A DNA stretch of 64,000 nucleotides. It comes from Patescibacteria group bacterium. Lineage in GTDB: Bacteria > Patescibacteriota > Patescibacteriia > JAZDEU01. The position numbers were made by a program, and so were the translations under genes. Shown here one piece after another: positions 40,301-48,709 of the stretch. The notes under the pieces are model-generated. The model saw nothing but the letters and a program-made list of their open reading frames with translations, did no database searches and was not told the origin of the DNA. The stretch lies in contig JBHPIX010000002.1 in assembly GCA_042568285.1 (NCBI GenBank), forward strand, positions 783 through 64,782. Direction: 5' to 3'. Within the stretch, counting starts at the first letter, position 1; every line of letters begins with the position of its first letter.

Positions 40301-42757
40301 CTGGTAGAGCTGGACTCCTACTCTGGCGCGGCAACTGCCACAACAACAACACCATCGTCTGCCGCAAACTCATACAGCTATGGCAGATGGGGAGAATCTT
40401 CTGGCTCGTTGATGATGGATGGAGGGGATACTTTAACATACCCGACAGCGAATAATATGTATGCTGATCAAGGATCATTCAGCTTTTGGATAAAGCCGTC
40501 TATGGACTATGACGACTATGCGGAAAATAAATACCTTTGGGATGTTTCAGACGGAACAAATAACGCCATAAGATTATATTACAATTATTCTGACTATAAA
40601 TTCTATTTTGAAATATACGACGGAGCGTCTTGGACATCTGTGCAAGCAGCTTCTTCTGCTCAATCTTTTACAGAAGACACGTGGATACATTTGGCAGGCA
40701 CATGGAACGACAGAAAAAATTTGGTTTATTTATATGTGAACGGCGCGAATGACGGATCATCGGATTGGGGTTGGTACGCGCAAACATTGCCGACTAATAT
40801 GTATTTTGGATCTGATTACAGCGGAACAAATAACGCTGATATGTATATTGACGATTTGCGGGTTTATGAATACGCGCTTTCAGCGGAAGATATTAGCCGA
40901 ATGTACGGCTCTCTTCCAGATCCGTCTGCTGACAATTTAAGAGTATCAATCCCATTCACATCAGGAGGAATTGGCATAGACGGAACTGGATTATTTGATC
41001 TCACTGGAACGTTTACTGCTGGGTGGGGATACCGAACTGGAAAAGTGTCTGGAGAAAACGCCATGCTCTTCGCTGGTTCCGACGATCTGCAGTTTTCACG
41101 TGGAGACCAGCTGGACGGCAACATTTATGAATATATTAGCCCGTATCAGGGCACGATTAAAACTTGGGTTAGATCTGGATTTGATGGATCAGATTCTACA
41201 ACAAATTACATTTTCCAAAATGGAAGCACAAGCTACATCAAACTGTACTCCAGTTCAGGAACTCTATATTTTGACATAGCAACAACAACAGGCGCTGTTA
41301 TTAGCAGAGTATCAAATGACATTTCTGGCTGGACAGCGGGAGAGTGGCATCATATTGCCGCAGTTTGGAGCAATGAAAATACTGTTTCAACAAGTTCCAC
41401 TCAATATTTAATGGAACTATATGTGGACACTGCCATCGCTGGAAATACTTATACTAATGCCACATTTAACACAAATTTTTGGGCATCGTTCGCCCCCGGA
41501 ACATCTTTTATTGGAGAAGATTCAGATTCAGCAAATCAGTGGGATGGATTGATTGGAGGATTTGTTTTGGAAAATCGGGCTTGGAGCGGGAATGAAGTGT
41601 CTGACGACTATAATTCTGGAACAGGCACTGCGGTTGCGGTTAATCAATCAACCATTATGTCCCTGCCATTTGATTCAGCTGATCTTGACGGATTGGTAAC
41701 TTGGGCAACCTCTACACAAAATGTGGTGGCTGATTGGAATATGGAAGATGGGGATGCGGGGGAATGGACAGATACGTTAAACGCTTCCAGCTCCGCAGAA
41801 TCAGGAATCGTAACAGCAGAGGATGGGTTGGTGGGGGGATGGAATTTTGAGGATGATTTAACAGATGATAGCGGGAATAGCAAGACAGGCGTTTCTCATA
41901 CAGATCCAGACTGCCCGACAGGCTATGTATTTGTTCCCGGTAATTCAACTTATAGCACAAGCGATTTCTGTGTAATGCAATATGAAGCGAAGTATGATTC
42001 TAATGACGACGGGACAGGGGATGACGCGCCAACAGAATGTAAATATAACACAGATTATGATACTTGGGACTGGGGGAAAGATGTAGCGACAGAATGCGGG
42101 TATGATGTAAATGAAACAGCAAGAGTAGTATCAACAGCGGCAGGATCTCCAATAGCTGGCATTACGCATACAGAAGCGTTAAGCGCCTGTCCCTCTGGGG
42201 ATCATATAATAACAAATGACGAATGGATGACAATCGCAAGAGACGCGGAACAAGTGAATGCTAACTGGACAGGCGGAGAAGTCGGTTCGGGGTGTTTGTT
42301 TGCAGGGAATAATGGAGACGCGACTTGCGGGTATAATGGCGATGATCCAGAAAAAGGAACTGGAAGAAACGCGAGAGCTAAATTTATTCTTTCCAGCGGA
42401 GAAGAAGTTTATGATATATCAGGAAATGTTTGGGAACATGTAAAAGTTGATGCAAGTGATACTTTAATTGATGACACTCCTACTGACGGCGGGGCGGCTG
42501 AATGGCGTTGGATTGAATTTACAGCTATTACAGGCTATGGCGATCTTAGTTATGATCAAATTAGACCTTCTAATTCTTCTTGGAATGCTGATCAAGGGAT
42601 GGGGCGATTATATACCTATAATGGCGTGAGTAGCAACCGCGTGTTTCTTCGTGGTGGCATGTGGTCCGATGATACTAACGCCGGCGCGTTCACGTTGAGC
42701 TTGAATTGGACGGCGAGCACTCAGCATTATACTGTTGGTGTGCGGTGTGCCAGGTAG
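37295..42757 (+). CDS. DGR target protein: multi-LamG (concanavalin-A-like) repeat protein with CBM-like modules and a C-terminal C-type-lectin/FGE-sulfatase-fold variable domain; apparently 5'-truncated
   Basis: The LamG signature recurs (F(D/N)G.IDSVRIYNRAL(T/S)A.EI..HY) along with NGGFE...YFDD modules. The C-terminus reads CPTGYVFVPG...DISGNVWEHV...VFLRGGMWSDDTNAGAFTLSLNWTASTQHYTVGVRCAR. There is no signal peptide or RBS, and the ORF begins inside a LamG domain (MFLWINPTQ). Confidence 0.85.
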   Translation: MFLWINPTQDFNSLGSGLSYEQIFISKSPTNGAEEGSFIFKIDTDTDKLQFGAFDNAGDVVVNIFGTNTSWNANQWYQIAITFNGAGYEVYLDGQSDGYTTDSDSFGSTDQTYYIGRAGNDVNPQYFDGLIDSVRIYNRALTANEIRAHYDLGSHIQDGDMEDASGSRVVGEWNQSSEGAELLTNGGFETAGGGGADVWGTWAENAGDGGLANETSIKYAGSDAASTTAGSLTDTFVKQAAAVTTGNMYKATFYTRGDGTYSGQYAIWDATNDAVITATTTAGITGTTYTKFTKYFTAPSSCASVDLHLYAPSTEGGTAYFDDASVIAAQVASPESGIVRAEDGLVGGWNFSGTSGTSADGDTLTDVSGNSNDGTGVDGANNTGLGFVSGRFGTAIEFDGVDDYVDCGTNSSLLPNIFTAIAWVKYDGSQTDAPLITWATTQPGIYIEFLNVGPLIYIGVENFRYFEKDSPVDVFNNKWHQLAFVVTGNAQNDIDNSKLYVDDREQDIRTTNNTGTPDTKTFLRIGVGHSNYFNGAIDSVRVYNRALSAGEIVAHYSSTRGKFGEYSAKIKLVDDNSNSYLDEILTDDQDYLLSYWYKAGEDNANPINFTASGTAIMLPEQNIMASSTTGLVGAWNFEEAATPSVDVSGNGHSLTWNGTAAKSTSGKFANAIDLDGDSDYLNKTDSDSLDLASAATISAWVYLDDLAAQHCIADKGTNYGVHIDTSGYLTWDNGTEYKDTTAIAATTWTHAVVVNDGTTASYYINGTYSSNDTAGFAAINASDLRIGYDGTNYYQGLIDNLRIYNKALTASEVYESYKAGDWRQYELSFEADAGVAGVHAFSFIQDGTTAGNSIVYVDNFRLDKNLADKGSFEAFSGGDPDIPTGWVNESLSAGEGDEGDEEIHSGSKSFELIDADDGEGIMQGITVTSGNWYTFGMWAKNNNQDVEAIIGGTALASTTIDLTTAGNIWTKFNKTFIASSTDLAILISAGAATQDGYFDDVSLVELDSYSGAATATTTTPSSAANSYSYGRWGESSGSLMMDGGDTLTYPTANNMYADQGSFSFWIKPSMDYDDYAENKYLWDVSDGTNNAIRLYYNYSDYKFYFEIYDGASWTSVQAASSAQSFTEDTWIHLAGTWNDRKNLVYLYVNGANDGSSDWGWYAQTLPTNMYFGSDYSGTNNADMYIDDLRVYEYALSAEDISRMYGSLPDPSADNLRVSIPFTSGGIGIDGTGLFDLTGTFTAGWGYRTGKVSGENAMLFAGSDDLQFSRGDQLDGNIYEYISPYQGTIKTWVRSGFDGSDSTTNYIFQNGSTSYIKLYSSSGTLYFDIATTTGAVISRVSNDISGWTAGEWHHIAAVWSNENTVSTSSTQYLMELYVDTAIAGNTYTNATFNTNFWASFAPGTSFIGEDSDSANQWDGLIGGFVLENRAWSGNEVSDDYNSGTGTAVAVNQSTIMSLPFDSADLDGLVTWATSTQNVVADWNMEDGDAGEWTDTLNASSSAESGIVTAEDGLVGGWNFEDDLTDDSGNSKTGVSHTDPDCPTGYVFVPGNSTYSTSDFCVMQYEAKYDSNDDGTGDDAPTECKYNTDYDTWDWGKDVATECGYDVNETARVVSTAAGSPIAGITHTEALSACPSGDHIITNDEWMTIARDAEQVNANWTGGEVGSGCLFAGNNGDATCGYNGDDPEKGTGRNARAKFILSSGEEVYDISGNVWEHVKVDASDTLIDDTPTDGGAAEWRWIEFTAITGYGDLSYDQIRPSNSSWNADQGMGRLYTYNGVSSNRVFLRGGMWSDDTNAGAFTLSLNWTASTQHYTVGVRCAR
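42635..42756 (+). other. DGR variable region (VR)
   Basis: It is 122 nt and 109/122 identical to 43199-43320, with 11 mismatches opposite TR adenines. It covers the last 40 codons of the target ORF. Confidence 0.88.
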
Positions 42758-42801
42758 TTTGTAGATATCTGGTATCTGAAATTTAGGTATCTGGTAAAAT
42801 T

Positions 42802-43134
42802 ATGATAAATGATTTAATACTTTTTCAAAAATTTTATGATTTTATCCTTTGGATTTATCCTACGGTCAACAAATTTCCCAAAACCCAAAGATTTGTTTTA
42901 GGACAGCAAATTTCAAATACGGTTTTAGATATTTTAAAAAATATAATTCAGGGAAATTCTGAACGATATAAATTACCATATCAAAAACAGGTAAGTGTTG
43001 ATCTGGATAAATTAAGGATTCTAATTCGTCTTTCAAAAGATTTAAAATTTATAAGTATAAAGCAATATGGATTTGCTTCGGATAAAATTAATGAGATTGG
43101 AAGATTGTTGGGTGGTTGGATAAAAAATACTTAG
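42802..43134 (+). CDS. avd: DGR accessory variability determinant (Avd-like four-helix-bundle protein)
   Basis: It is 110 aa and lies between VR and TR. Avd-like features are YPTVNKFPKTQRFVLGQQI and the C-terminal EIGRLLGGWIKN. Confidence 0.8.
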   Translation: MINDLILFQKFYDFILWIYPTVNKFPKTQRFVLGQQISNTVLDILKNIIQGNSERYKLPYQKQVSVDLDKLRILIRLSKDLKFISIKQYGFASDKINEIGRLLGGWIKNT

Positions 43135-43198
43135 AACATATAAACTTGAAGTTATTTAGGTTTATGCGTTTTAGGACGCAGAAGGGGTAAAGTCGCAT

Positions 43199-43320
43199 AA
43201 CCGCGTGTTTCTTCGTGGTGGCAAATGGAACAATGAAACTAACGCCGGCGCGTTCACGTTGAACTTGAATTGGAATGCGAGCAATCAGAATTATAATGTT
43301 GGTTTGCGGTGTGCCAGGTA
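43199..43320 (+). ncRNA. DGR template repeat (TR)
   Basis: It is a non-coding copy of the VR, rich in AAY codons when read in the VR frame (NRVFLRGGKWNNETNAGAFTLNLNWNASNQNYNVGLRCAR). It has 32 adenines, 11 of them substituted in the VR. Confidence 0.88.
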
Positions 43321-43483
43321 TTTCTCAATTTGGTCTGAGTGAAATGCTTACGGGCATAAGTCCGAGCCAGAAAACTACTGATTTTATTCCATCCTTGAAA
43401 AAGGAAAATACTTGGCTTTTACCTCAAGGCGGTGAGAGTATTTTCTTTAGAAAAGAAATTTCCGTCTTGAGCATTAAGCCATT

Positions 43484-44515
43484 ATGAAATCACACAAGAA
43501 TTTATTTTTAAAATTTTGTTCTTTTGAAAATCTATATAGCGCATACTTAAAAGCAAGAAGTTGTAAACGATATAAAGAGTATGTTTTGGAATTTAGCTAT
43601 AATTTAGAGCAAAATTTATTCTTTTTACAAGATGAATTAATAACTCAAAAATATCATTGTGGAAAATATAATGAATTTATTGTTAATGATTCAAAAAAGC
43701 GACTTATTAAAGCGCCTGATTTTAGAGATAGAATTGTCCATCACGCGTTATGTAATATTATTGAACCGATTTTTGACAATAGTTTTATTCACGATAGTTA
43801 TGCCTGCAGAAAAAACAAAGGAACGCATAAAGCGATTTTGAGATTAAAGGGTTTTTTAAAAAATAAAGAAAATGTTTATTGTTTACAATGTGATGTTAGA
43901 AAATTTTTCGCGAGTATAGATCAGAATATTTTAAAAGAATTGACAAAGAAGAAAATAGCGGATAAAAAAATTTTGAAAGTTATAAATTTAGTAATAGATA
44001 GTAGTTTTGACAATAAAATTTATGAAAATTTATTTGATTTTCGTTTAACAGGAGTTCCTTTAGGAAATCTTACAAGCCAGCTTTTTGCTAATATTTATTT
44101 GAACGAATTAGATCAATTGGTAAAGCATAAACTAAAAGCAAAATATTATATTCGCTATATGGATGATTTTTTAATTTTGGGGTATAATAAAAAGAGATTG
44201 CAACAGCAAAAAGAAGAAATATATTATTTTTTGAAGAATAGCTTAAAATTAGATTTGCATCCTAAGAAATGTAATATGTTTACTGTAAAAAGTGGAATTG
44301 ATTTTCTTGGTTATAGAATTTTTGCAAATTATCGTTTGTTAAGAAAAAGCACAGTGAAAAGATTTATAAAGAGGACAAGAGTTTATAAACGGAAAGTAGA
44401 TAGCGATTTGATGTCATTAGAAAAATTTAATCAATCTTTGCAGTCATGGCTTTCTTACGCTAAATTTGGGAATTCATGGGGGTTGATTGGAAGTTTGGTT
44501 GAGCTTTGGAATTAA
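43484..44515 (+). CDS. DGR reverse transcriptase
   Basis: RT motifs include GVPLGNLTSQLFANIYL (44051-44086; the (I/L)GxxxSQ signature typical of DGR RTs) and YMDD (44156-44167). It starts 164 nt downstream of the TR. Confidence 0.9.
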   Translation: MKSHKNLFLKFCSFENLYSAYLKARSCKRYKEYVLEFSYNLEQNLFFLQDELITQKYHCGKYNEFIVNDSKKRLIKAPDFRDRIVHHALCNIIEPIFDNSFIHDSYACRKNKGTHKAILRLKGFLKNKENVYCLQCDVRKFFASIDQNILKELTKKKIADKKILKVINLVIDSSFDNKIYENLFDFRLTGVPLGNLTSQLFANIYLNELDQLVKHKLKAKYYIRYMDDFLILGYNKKRLQQQKEEIYYFLKNSLKLDLHPKKCNMFTVKSGIDFLGYRIFANYRLLRKSTVKRFIKRTRVYKRKVDSDLMSLEKFNQSLQSWLSYAKFGNSWGLIGSLVELWN

Positions 44516-44586
44516 GGCGAGATTGATAGTTTTTCATTGTTTTTTTATCAAAACTATGATATAATTCTGATATAAATAAGAAATAT

Positions 44587-45849
44587 ATGATTCAAAGAGA
44601 AGCGTTGCAAAAAATTAAAAAATGGCTTGGTAAAGAAAAAATCTTGATTATTAAAGGCGCTAGGCAAGTTGGCAAAACGTTTTTACTCAAAGAAATTAAA
44701 AAAGATTTAGAAAATACAGGAGCCAAAGTTGTCTATTTATCAGCAGATGAAATTGACAATAAATTAATATTAAAAAGTTCTGATAGTCTAAAATTATATT
44801 TAGAGCAATATTTTAATTTTCCCAATGAGTTTATTTATTTAATGATTGATGAGTTTCAAGTAATAGAAGAAGCTGGGATTTTGCTCAAAAATATTTTTGA
44901 CAAATATAAAAATAAAATTCAGCTGATTGTTAGCGGATCAAGCGCGTTAGAGATAAATAAAAATTCGGAATATTTAACAGGCAGAGCTATTCATTTTAAT
45001 ATTGATAGGATTAATCTTAAAGAATATTTTGATTATCACGAAGACATAAATACTAAGAGATATAAACTTGCCCAATTTAATGAATTAAAAATATTTTTTG
45101 AAACCTTCAAACCAAAATTGGAATTGAGTCTTGGAGAATATCTGTCTTATGGAGGTTATCCAGAAGTTTTGACAACTCAAAATGTGGAAGAAAAAGAGGA
45201 GGTACTTAAATCTATTATCAAAACATATATTGACAAAGATATTATCAATCAGTTGAACGTGGAAAATATCACTGGCTTTAATAATTTGATAAAAATTTTA
45301 GCCGGGCAAATAGGGCAATTAACAAATAACAATGAACTTGCAAATACATCCAATATATCTATCAATACTTTAAAAAAATATTTAGAAATTTTGGTAGGCA
45401 CTTATGTTATTGATTTAGTTACCCCATATTTTAAAAATATTCGTTCAGAAATTTCCAAAATGCCAAAAGTTTATATTTTGGATATTGGTATTAGAAATTA
45501 TCTTTTGCGAACTTTTGAAATAAATTTGGATGGGCAAGGATCAGTAATTGAAAATTTTGTTTATAATACTTTGCTAACTCAATATGCCAAAGAATATATC
45601 CATTTTTATCGCACTTCTGCCGGAGCGGAAATTGATTTTGTGATTGAAGATAAAAATAATAAATTAACACTTTGCGAGGTAAAGTATAGAAATAAAATAA
45701 ATGTGCCAGTGATAATGAAAAATTTTGAGGAAAGATATACCAATGTTGGAAAAAAATTGATTATAACAAAAGATTTATTGAAAATAGAAAAAAGTGTTTA
45801 TTTTATTCCAGTCGCGCTTTTACCGTTTGTGGATTTAGGATTATTATGA
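44587..45849 (+). CDS. AAA-family ATPase of the COG1373 type (AAA_14 + DUF4143-like C-terminus)
   Basis: It has Walker A (GARQVGKTFLL) and Walker B-like (LMIDEFQ) motifs, and the C-terminal half is typical of this family. Its stop overlaps the start of the next gene (ATGA). Confidence 0.75.
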   Translation: MIQREALQKIKKWLGKEKILIIKGARQVGKTFLLKEIKKDLENTGAKVVYLSADEIDNKLILKSSDSLKLYLEQYFNFPNEFIYLMIDEFQVIEEAGILLKNIFDKYKNKIQLIVSGSSALEINKNSEYLTGRAIHFNIDRINLKEYFDYHEDINTKRYKLAQFNELKIFFETFKPKLELSLGEYLSYGGYPEVLTTQNVEEKEEVLKSIIKTYIDKDIINQLNVENITGFNNLIKILAGQIGQLTNNNELANTSNISINTLKKYLEILVGTYVIDLVTPYFKNIRSEISKMPKVYILDIGIRNYLLRTFEINLDGQGSVIENFVYNTLLTQYAKEYIHFYRTSAGAEIDFVIEDKNNKLTLCEVKYRNKINVPVIMKNFEERYTNVGKKLIITKDLLKIEKSVYFIPVALLPFVDLGLL

Positions 45850-48428
45850 AAAAATACACAATAACAATTTTATTTTGCATATCTGCTTTGGGAGGACTTT
45901 TCCTTTTTTCTAAACCCGCAAACGCCGCTTCTTACATTACCGGTCGTTTTGGGCAGGCGCTTTCTTTTGATGGTAGCGGAGATTATATTGATATGGGAGA
46001 TGTTTCAGCGACTGTAAAAACAGTTAGTTTTTGGGTTAGCCCAAATAGTACGACTGAAAAATTTCTGGAACTTAACGGTGAGGCGTATATAGACGCAACA
46101 AGTGGAACAGTGGCGGCAACTGGTTTTACAAGTCCAACTATTTATGTGGATGGCGCGGAATCTTCAACATTAAGTACTGGTTGGCATTATGTGGCGGTTA
46201 CAACTGGAACAGCGATAAATGCCAATTCTGTGATTGTCGGAAAAATTTCTACAACATATTTCACTGGATCTATGGATTCTATTAGAATCTACAACCGAGC
46301 CCTGTCCGCCTCAGAAATAGCAAATCATTATTTCTCTGGCAGAGGGAAGTTTGACGATTATTCAGCGAAGATCAGACTAATGGCAGATGATGCTGATAGT
46401 TATTTAGATGAAAATTTAACATTAAATCAAGATTATCTGCTGTCATATTGGTATAAAGTAGGACAAGATAATGCTAATCCGATAAATTTCACTCTTTCAG
46501 GTTCTGGAACTATAGTAGCAGAAGAAAATATAATGGCTTCGTCCACAATGGGACTGGTGGGAGCTTGGAATTTTGAGGAGGGCGGATCATCTGCTACTAC
46601 TGCTGACCTTTCTGGAAACAACAATACTGGAACATTACAAGCAGGAGATGATACTGGAAGTAATGATTCTGCTACTGATATGTGGACAGGTGGTGTATCT
46701 GGAAAGTTTGGACAGGCGATTGAGTTTGATGGGACGAATGATTATGTTGATATAAATAATCCTGTTTTAGGAGCAACAGAAATGACAGTTTGCGCGTGGG
46801 TAAAAAAAGTAGGATTTGTAAGATATGCAGGGATTGTTGCTGATTATAATACAGAAGGTTATAAAAATTTTATGTTAGGATACGAAAATCCAGAAAATAC
46901 TTTAAAATTTTATGTTGGAGATGGTTCTAATATGGATTCTATTGCAAAAACAGGTTTAACACAAGATGTATGGCATTATGTTTGCGGAGTTTTTATCGGT
47001 TCCCAAACTGTAAGCATTTACATAGATGGTGCGGGTAGTACAGAAAGCACTTCAATCACGAATATAGGTTTAACACAAAGTGCGAGCTGTGATATAGGGC
47101 GATATCATGGTAGCTATGAGTTCAACGGCCTAATAGATTCCGTCCGTATCTACAACCGCGTCCTCACAGCAAGCGAAGTATATGAACATTACAAAGCGGG
47201 AGACTGGAGACAATATGAACTATCATTTGAAGCAGATCAGACAGGCGCGCATCTGTTCAAATTTATACAAGACGGATCCACATCTGGAAATTCTATTGTT
47301 TATGTGGATAATTTTAGGGTGGATACTAATTTGACGGAAGACGGAGATTTTGAAAGTTTTCAAGGAGGAAATCCTGACATTCCTACGAGTTGGACTAATG
47401 ATGGTTTAGATTCTGGTGAGGGGGTAGAAGGGGTGGAACAGATTCATTCAGGGAGTAATAGTTTGAAATTAGTCGCGGCAGATGCGGATGAAGGAATTTA
47501 TCAAGATGTTACAGTAGAATCAGGAAAATTTTATACCCTTGGAATATGGGCGAAAAATGACAATCAAGATGTGGATGTTGTTTTGAGCGATGCAGTTTCT
47601 GCTACTGTTGATTTAACAACAAGTAATAATAATTGGACTAAATTTAATTATACATTAAAATCAGGTGGAACTACTTTAAGGATTACAATTATATCCGGCG
47701 CCACGGATCAGACAGGATATTTTGACGATGTTAGTCTGGTAGAGCTGGATTCATATTCAACAAACACAGATCCGACAACAACAACACCGTCTGCGACAGC
47801 AAATTCATATAGCACAGGAAAATGGGATGGAGCGAGTAAAGCCTTCTTATTAGATGGCGCGGATGATTTAGAATATAATGCTTCTGGCGTTTTATCAACT
47901 GCAAGCGGAACAGTATCAATGTGGTGGAAACCGATGTGGGATTATGATGCTTATGATGAAGATGCATATATTTTTAACAGCGAAGACGGAACGAATAATT
48001 TTATGAGAGTATATTTTGACGCTTCAGAAGATAAAATTATCGCCAATCTGTATGATGGAACAAATTGGACAAATGTTACAGCAACATCTTCAGCGTTAAC
48101 ATTCGCGGAAGATGTATGGCAACACATTGGAATAATTTATGGAAATGATACTGGAACAGTTCGTATCCTTTTGGACGGCGCGGAATCTGGGACAGATTAT
48201 GATGGATCAAGCTGGACAGAACAAACTGTGCCAACATATTTTTATCCGGGTTCCCTTTACGGCGCGTCCGCGAACACAAACCAAGCGGACGGATGGATAG
48301 ATGACATCCGAATATATGACACAGCATTGGCGACATCATCCTTAAATGATCTTTACACAATTGATCCAAACCCGCCGACAAACGCCACATGGAATCGGAA
48401 TTTGGCAGATCCTATTATTGATGGATGA
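45846..48428 (+). CDS. Secreted LamG-repeat protein, paralog of the DGR target, without a VR
   Basis: It has a signal peptide (ILFCISALGGLFLFSKPANA). It is colinear with the target at ~38.9-40.9 kb (for example DYLLSYWYK.G.DNANPINF, LTASEVYE.YKAGDWRQYELSFEAD, GYFDDVSLVELDSYS). It has no C-type-lectin tail and no TR match. Confidence 0.8.
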   Translation: MKKYTITILFCISALGGLFLFSKPANAASYITGRFGQALSFDGSGDYIDMGDVSATVKTVSFWVSPNSTTEKFLELNGEAYIDATSGTVAATGFTSPTIYVDGAESSTLSTGWHYVAVTTGTAINANSVIVGKISTTYFTGSMDSIRIYNRALSASEIANHYFSGRGKFDDYSAKIRLMADDADSYLDENLTLNQDYLLSYWYKVGQDNANPINFTLSGSGTIVAEENIMASSTMGLVGAWNFEEGGSSATTADLSGNNNTGTLQAGDDTGSNDSATDMWTGGVSGKFGQAIEFDGTNDYVDINNPVLGATEMTVCAWVKKVGFVRYAGIVADYNTEGYKNFMLGYENPENTLKFYVGDGSNMDSIAKTGLTQDVWHYVCGVFIGSQTVSIYIDGAGSTESTSITNIGLTQSASCDIGRYHGSYEFNGLIDSVRIYNRVLTASEVYEHYKAGDWRQYELSFEADQTGAHLFKFIQDGSTSGNSIVYVDNFRVDTNLTEDGDFESFQGGNPDIPTSWTNDGLDSGEGVEGVEQIHSGSNSLKLVAADADEGIYQDVTVESGKFYTLGIWAKNDNQDVDVVLSDAVSATVDLTTSNNNWTKFNYTLKSGGTTLRITIISGATDQTGYFDDVSLVELDSYSTNTDPTTTTPSATANSYSTGKWDGASKAFLLDGADDLEYNASGVLSTASGTVSMWWKPMWDYDAYDEDAYIFNSEDGTNNFMRVYFDASEDKIIANLYDGTNWTNVTATSSALTFAEDVWQHIGIIYGNDTGTVRILLDGAESGTDYDGSSWTEQTVPTYFYPGSLYGASANTNQADGWIDDIRIYDTALATSSLNDLYTIDPNPPTNATWNRNLADPIIDG

Positions 48429-48483
48429 CAAATAACATCCGCCAAATCGGCGGATTAAAACAATAATAAATTTACAAATGACA

Positions 48484-48640
48484 AAAGAATCCCCCTCGTC
48501 TCGCCTTTCCGCTTCGGGCTCGAATCGAGACGAGCGGCAAGCCGAAGCGGACTGACCCCCTTTTGAAAAGGGGGAACTAGAGGAATTAATTTAGCAAGTG
48601 CCCCCCTCTGGAGGGGGGATAGGGGGAAGGTTAAATTTTA
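48484..48640. repeat. GC-rich modular repeat cluster (intergenic)
   Basis: The sequence aaagaatccccctcgtctcgcc...ggcaagccgaagcggactgacccccttttgaaaagggggaacta is followed by the gtgcccccctctggagggggg palindrome. The first module recurs inside the giant ORF at 51956-52024. Confidence 0.85.
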
Positions 48641-48709
48641 AATTTTAAAAAAACCTGCCCGACTTTGTCATTCAGGCGGGTATCAAATAACAAATTTTAA
48701 AAGGGCTCT

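Noticed and set aside
37695-42443. Numerous 60-140-aa ORFs antisense or out of frame within the LamG/DGR target gene (and similarly within 45846-48428)
   Set aside because: They lie entirely inside a long ORF with strong, repeated domain signatures and have low-complexity, motif-less translations. They are typical of spurious frames in the locally GC-richer coding sequence.
43275-43487. 70-aa ORF overlapping the TR and the TR-RT spacer
   Set aside because: It reads the TR in a different frame from the VR and has no recognisable features. In DGRs this region is a non-coding template/spacer RNA, so the ORF is most likely spurious.
43484-44515. RT as a group II intron maturase or a retron RT
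   Set aside because: No intron RNA domains or maturase/X and endonuclease extensions are evident, and there is no retron msr/msd-like inverted-repeat structure. The LGNLTSQ signature plus the adjacent TR/VR pair with A-specific mismatches fits a DGR.
45846-48428. The LamG paralog as a second DGR target
   Set aside because: Its C-terminus (…DLYTIDPNPPTNATWNRNLADPIIDG) has no CLec-type …RGG.W…RCAR tail. I could find no stretch matching the TR in it, nor in the 3' ends of the other large ORFs.
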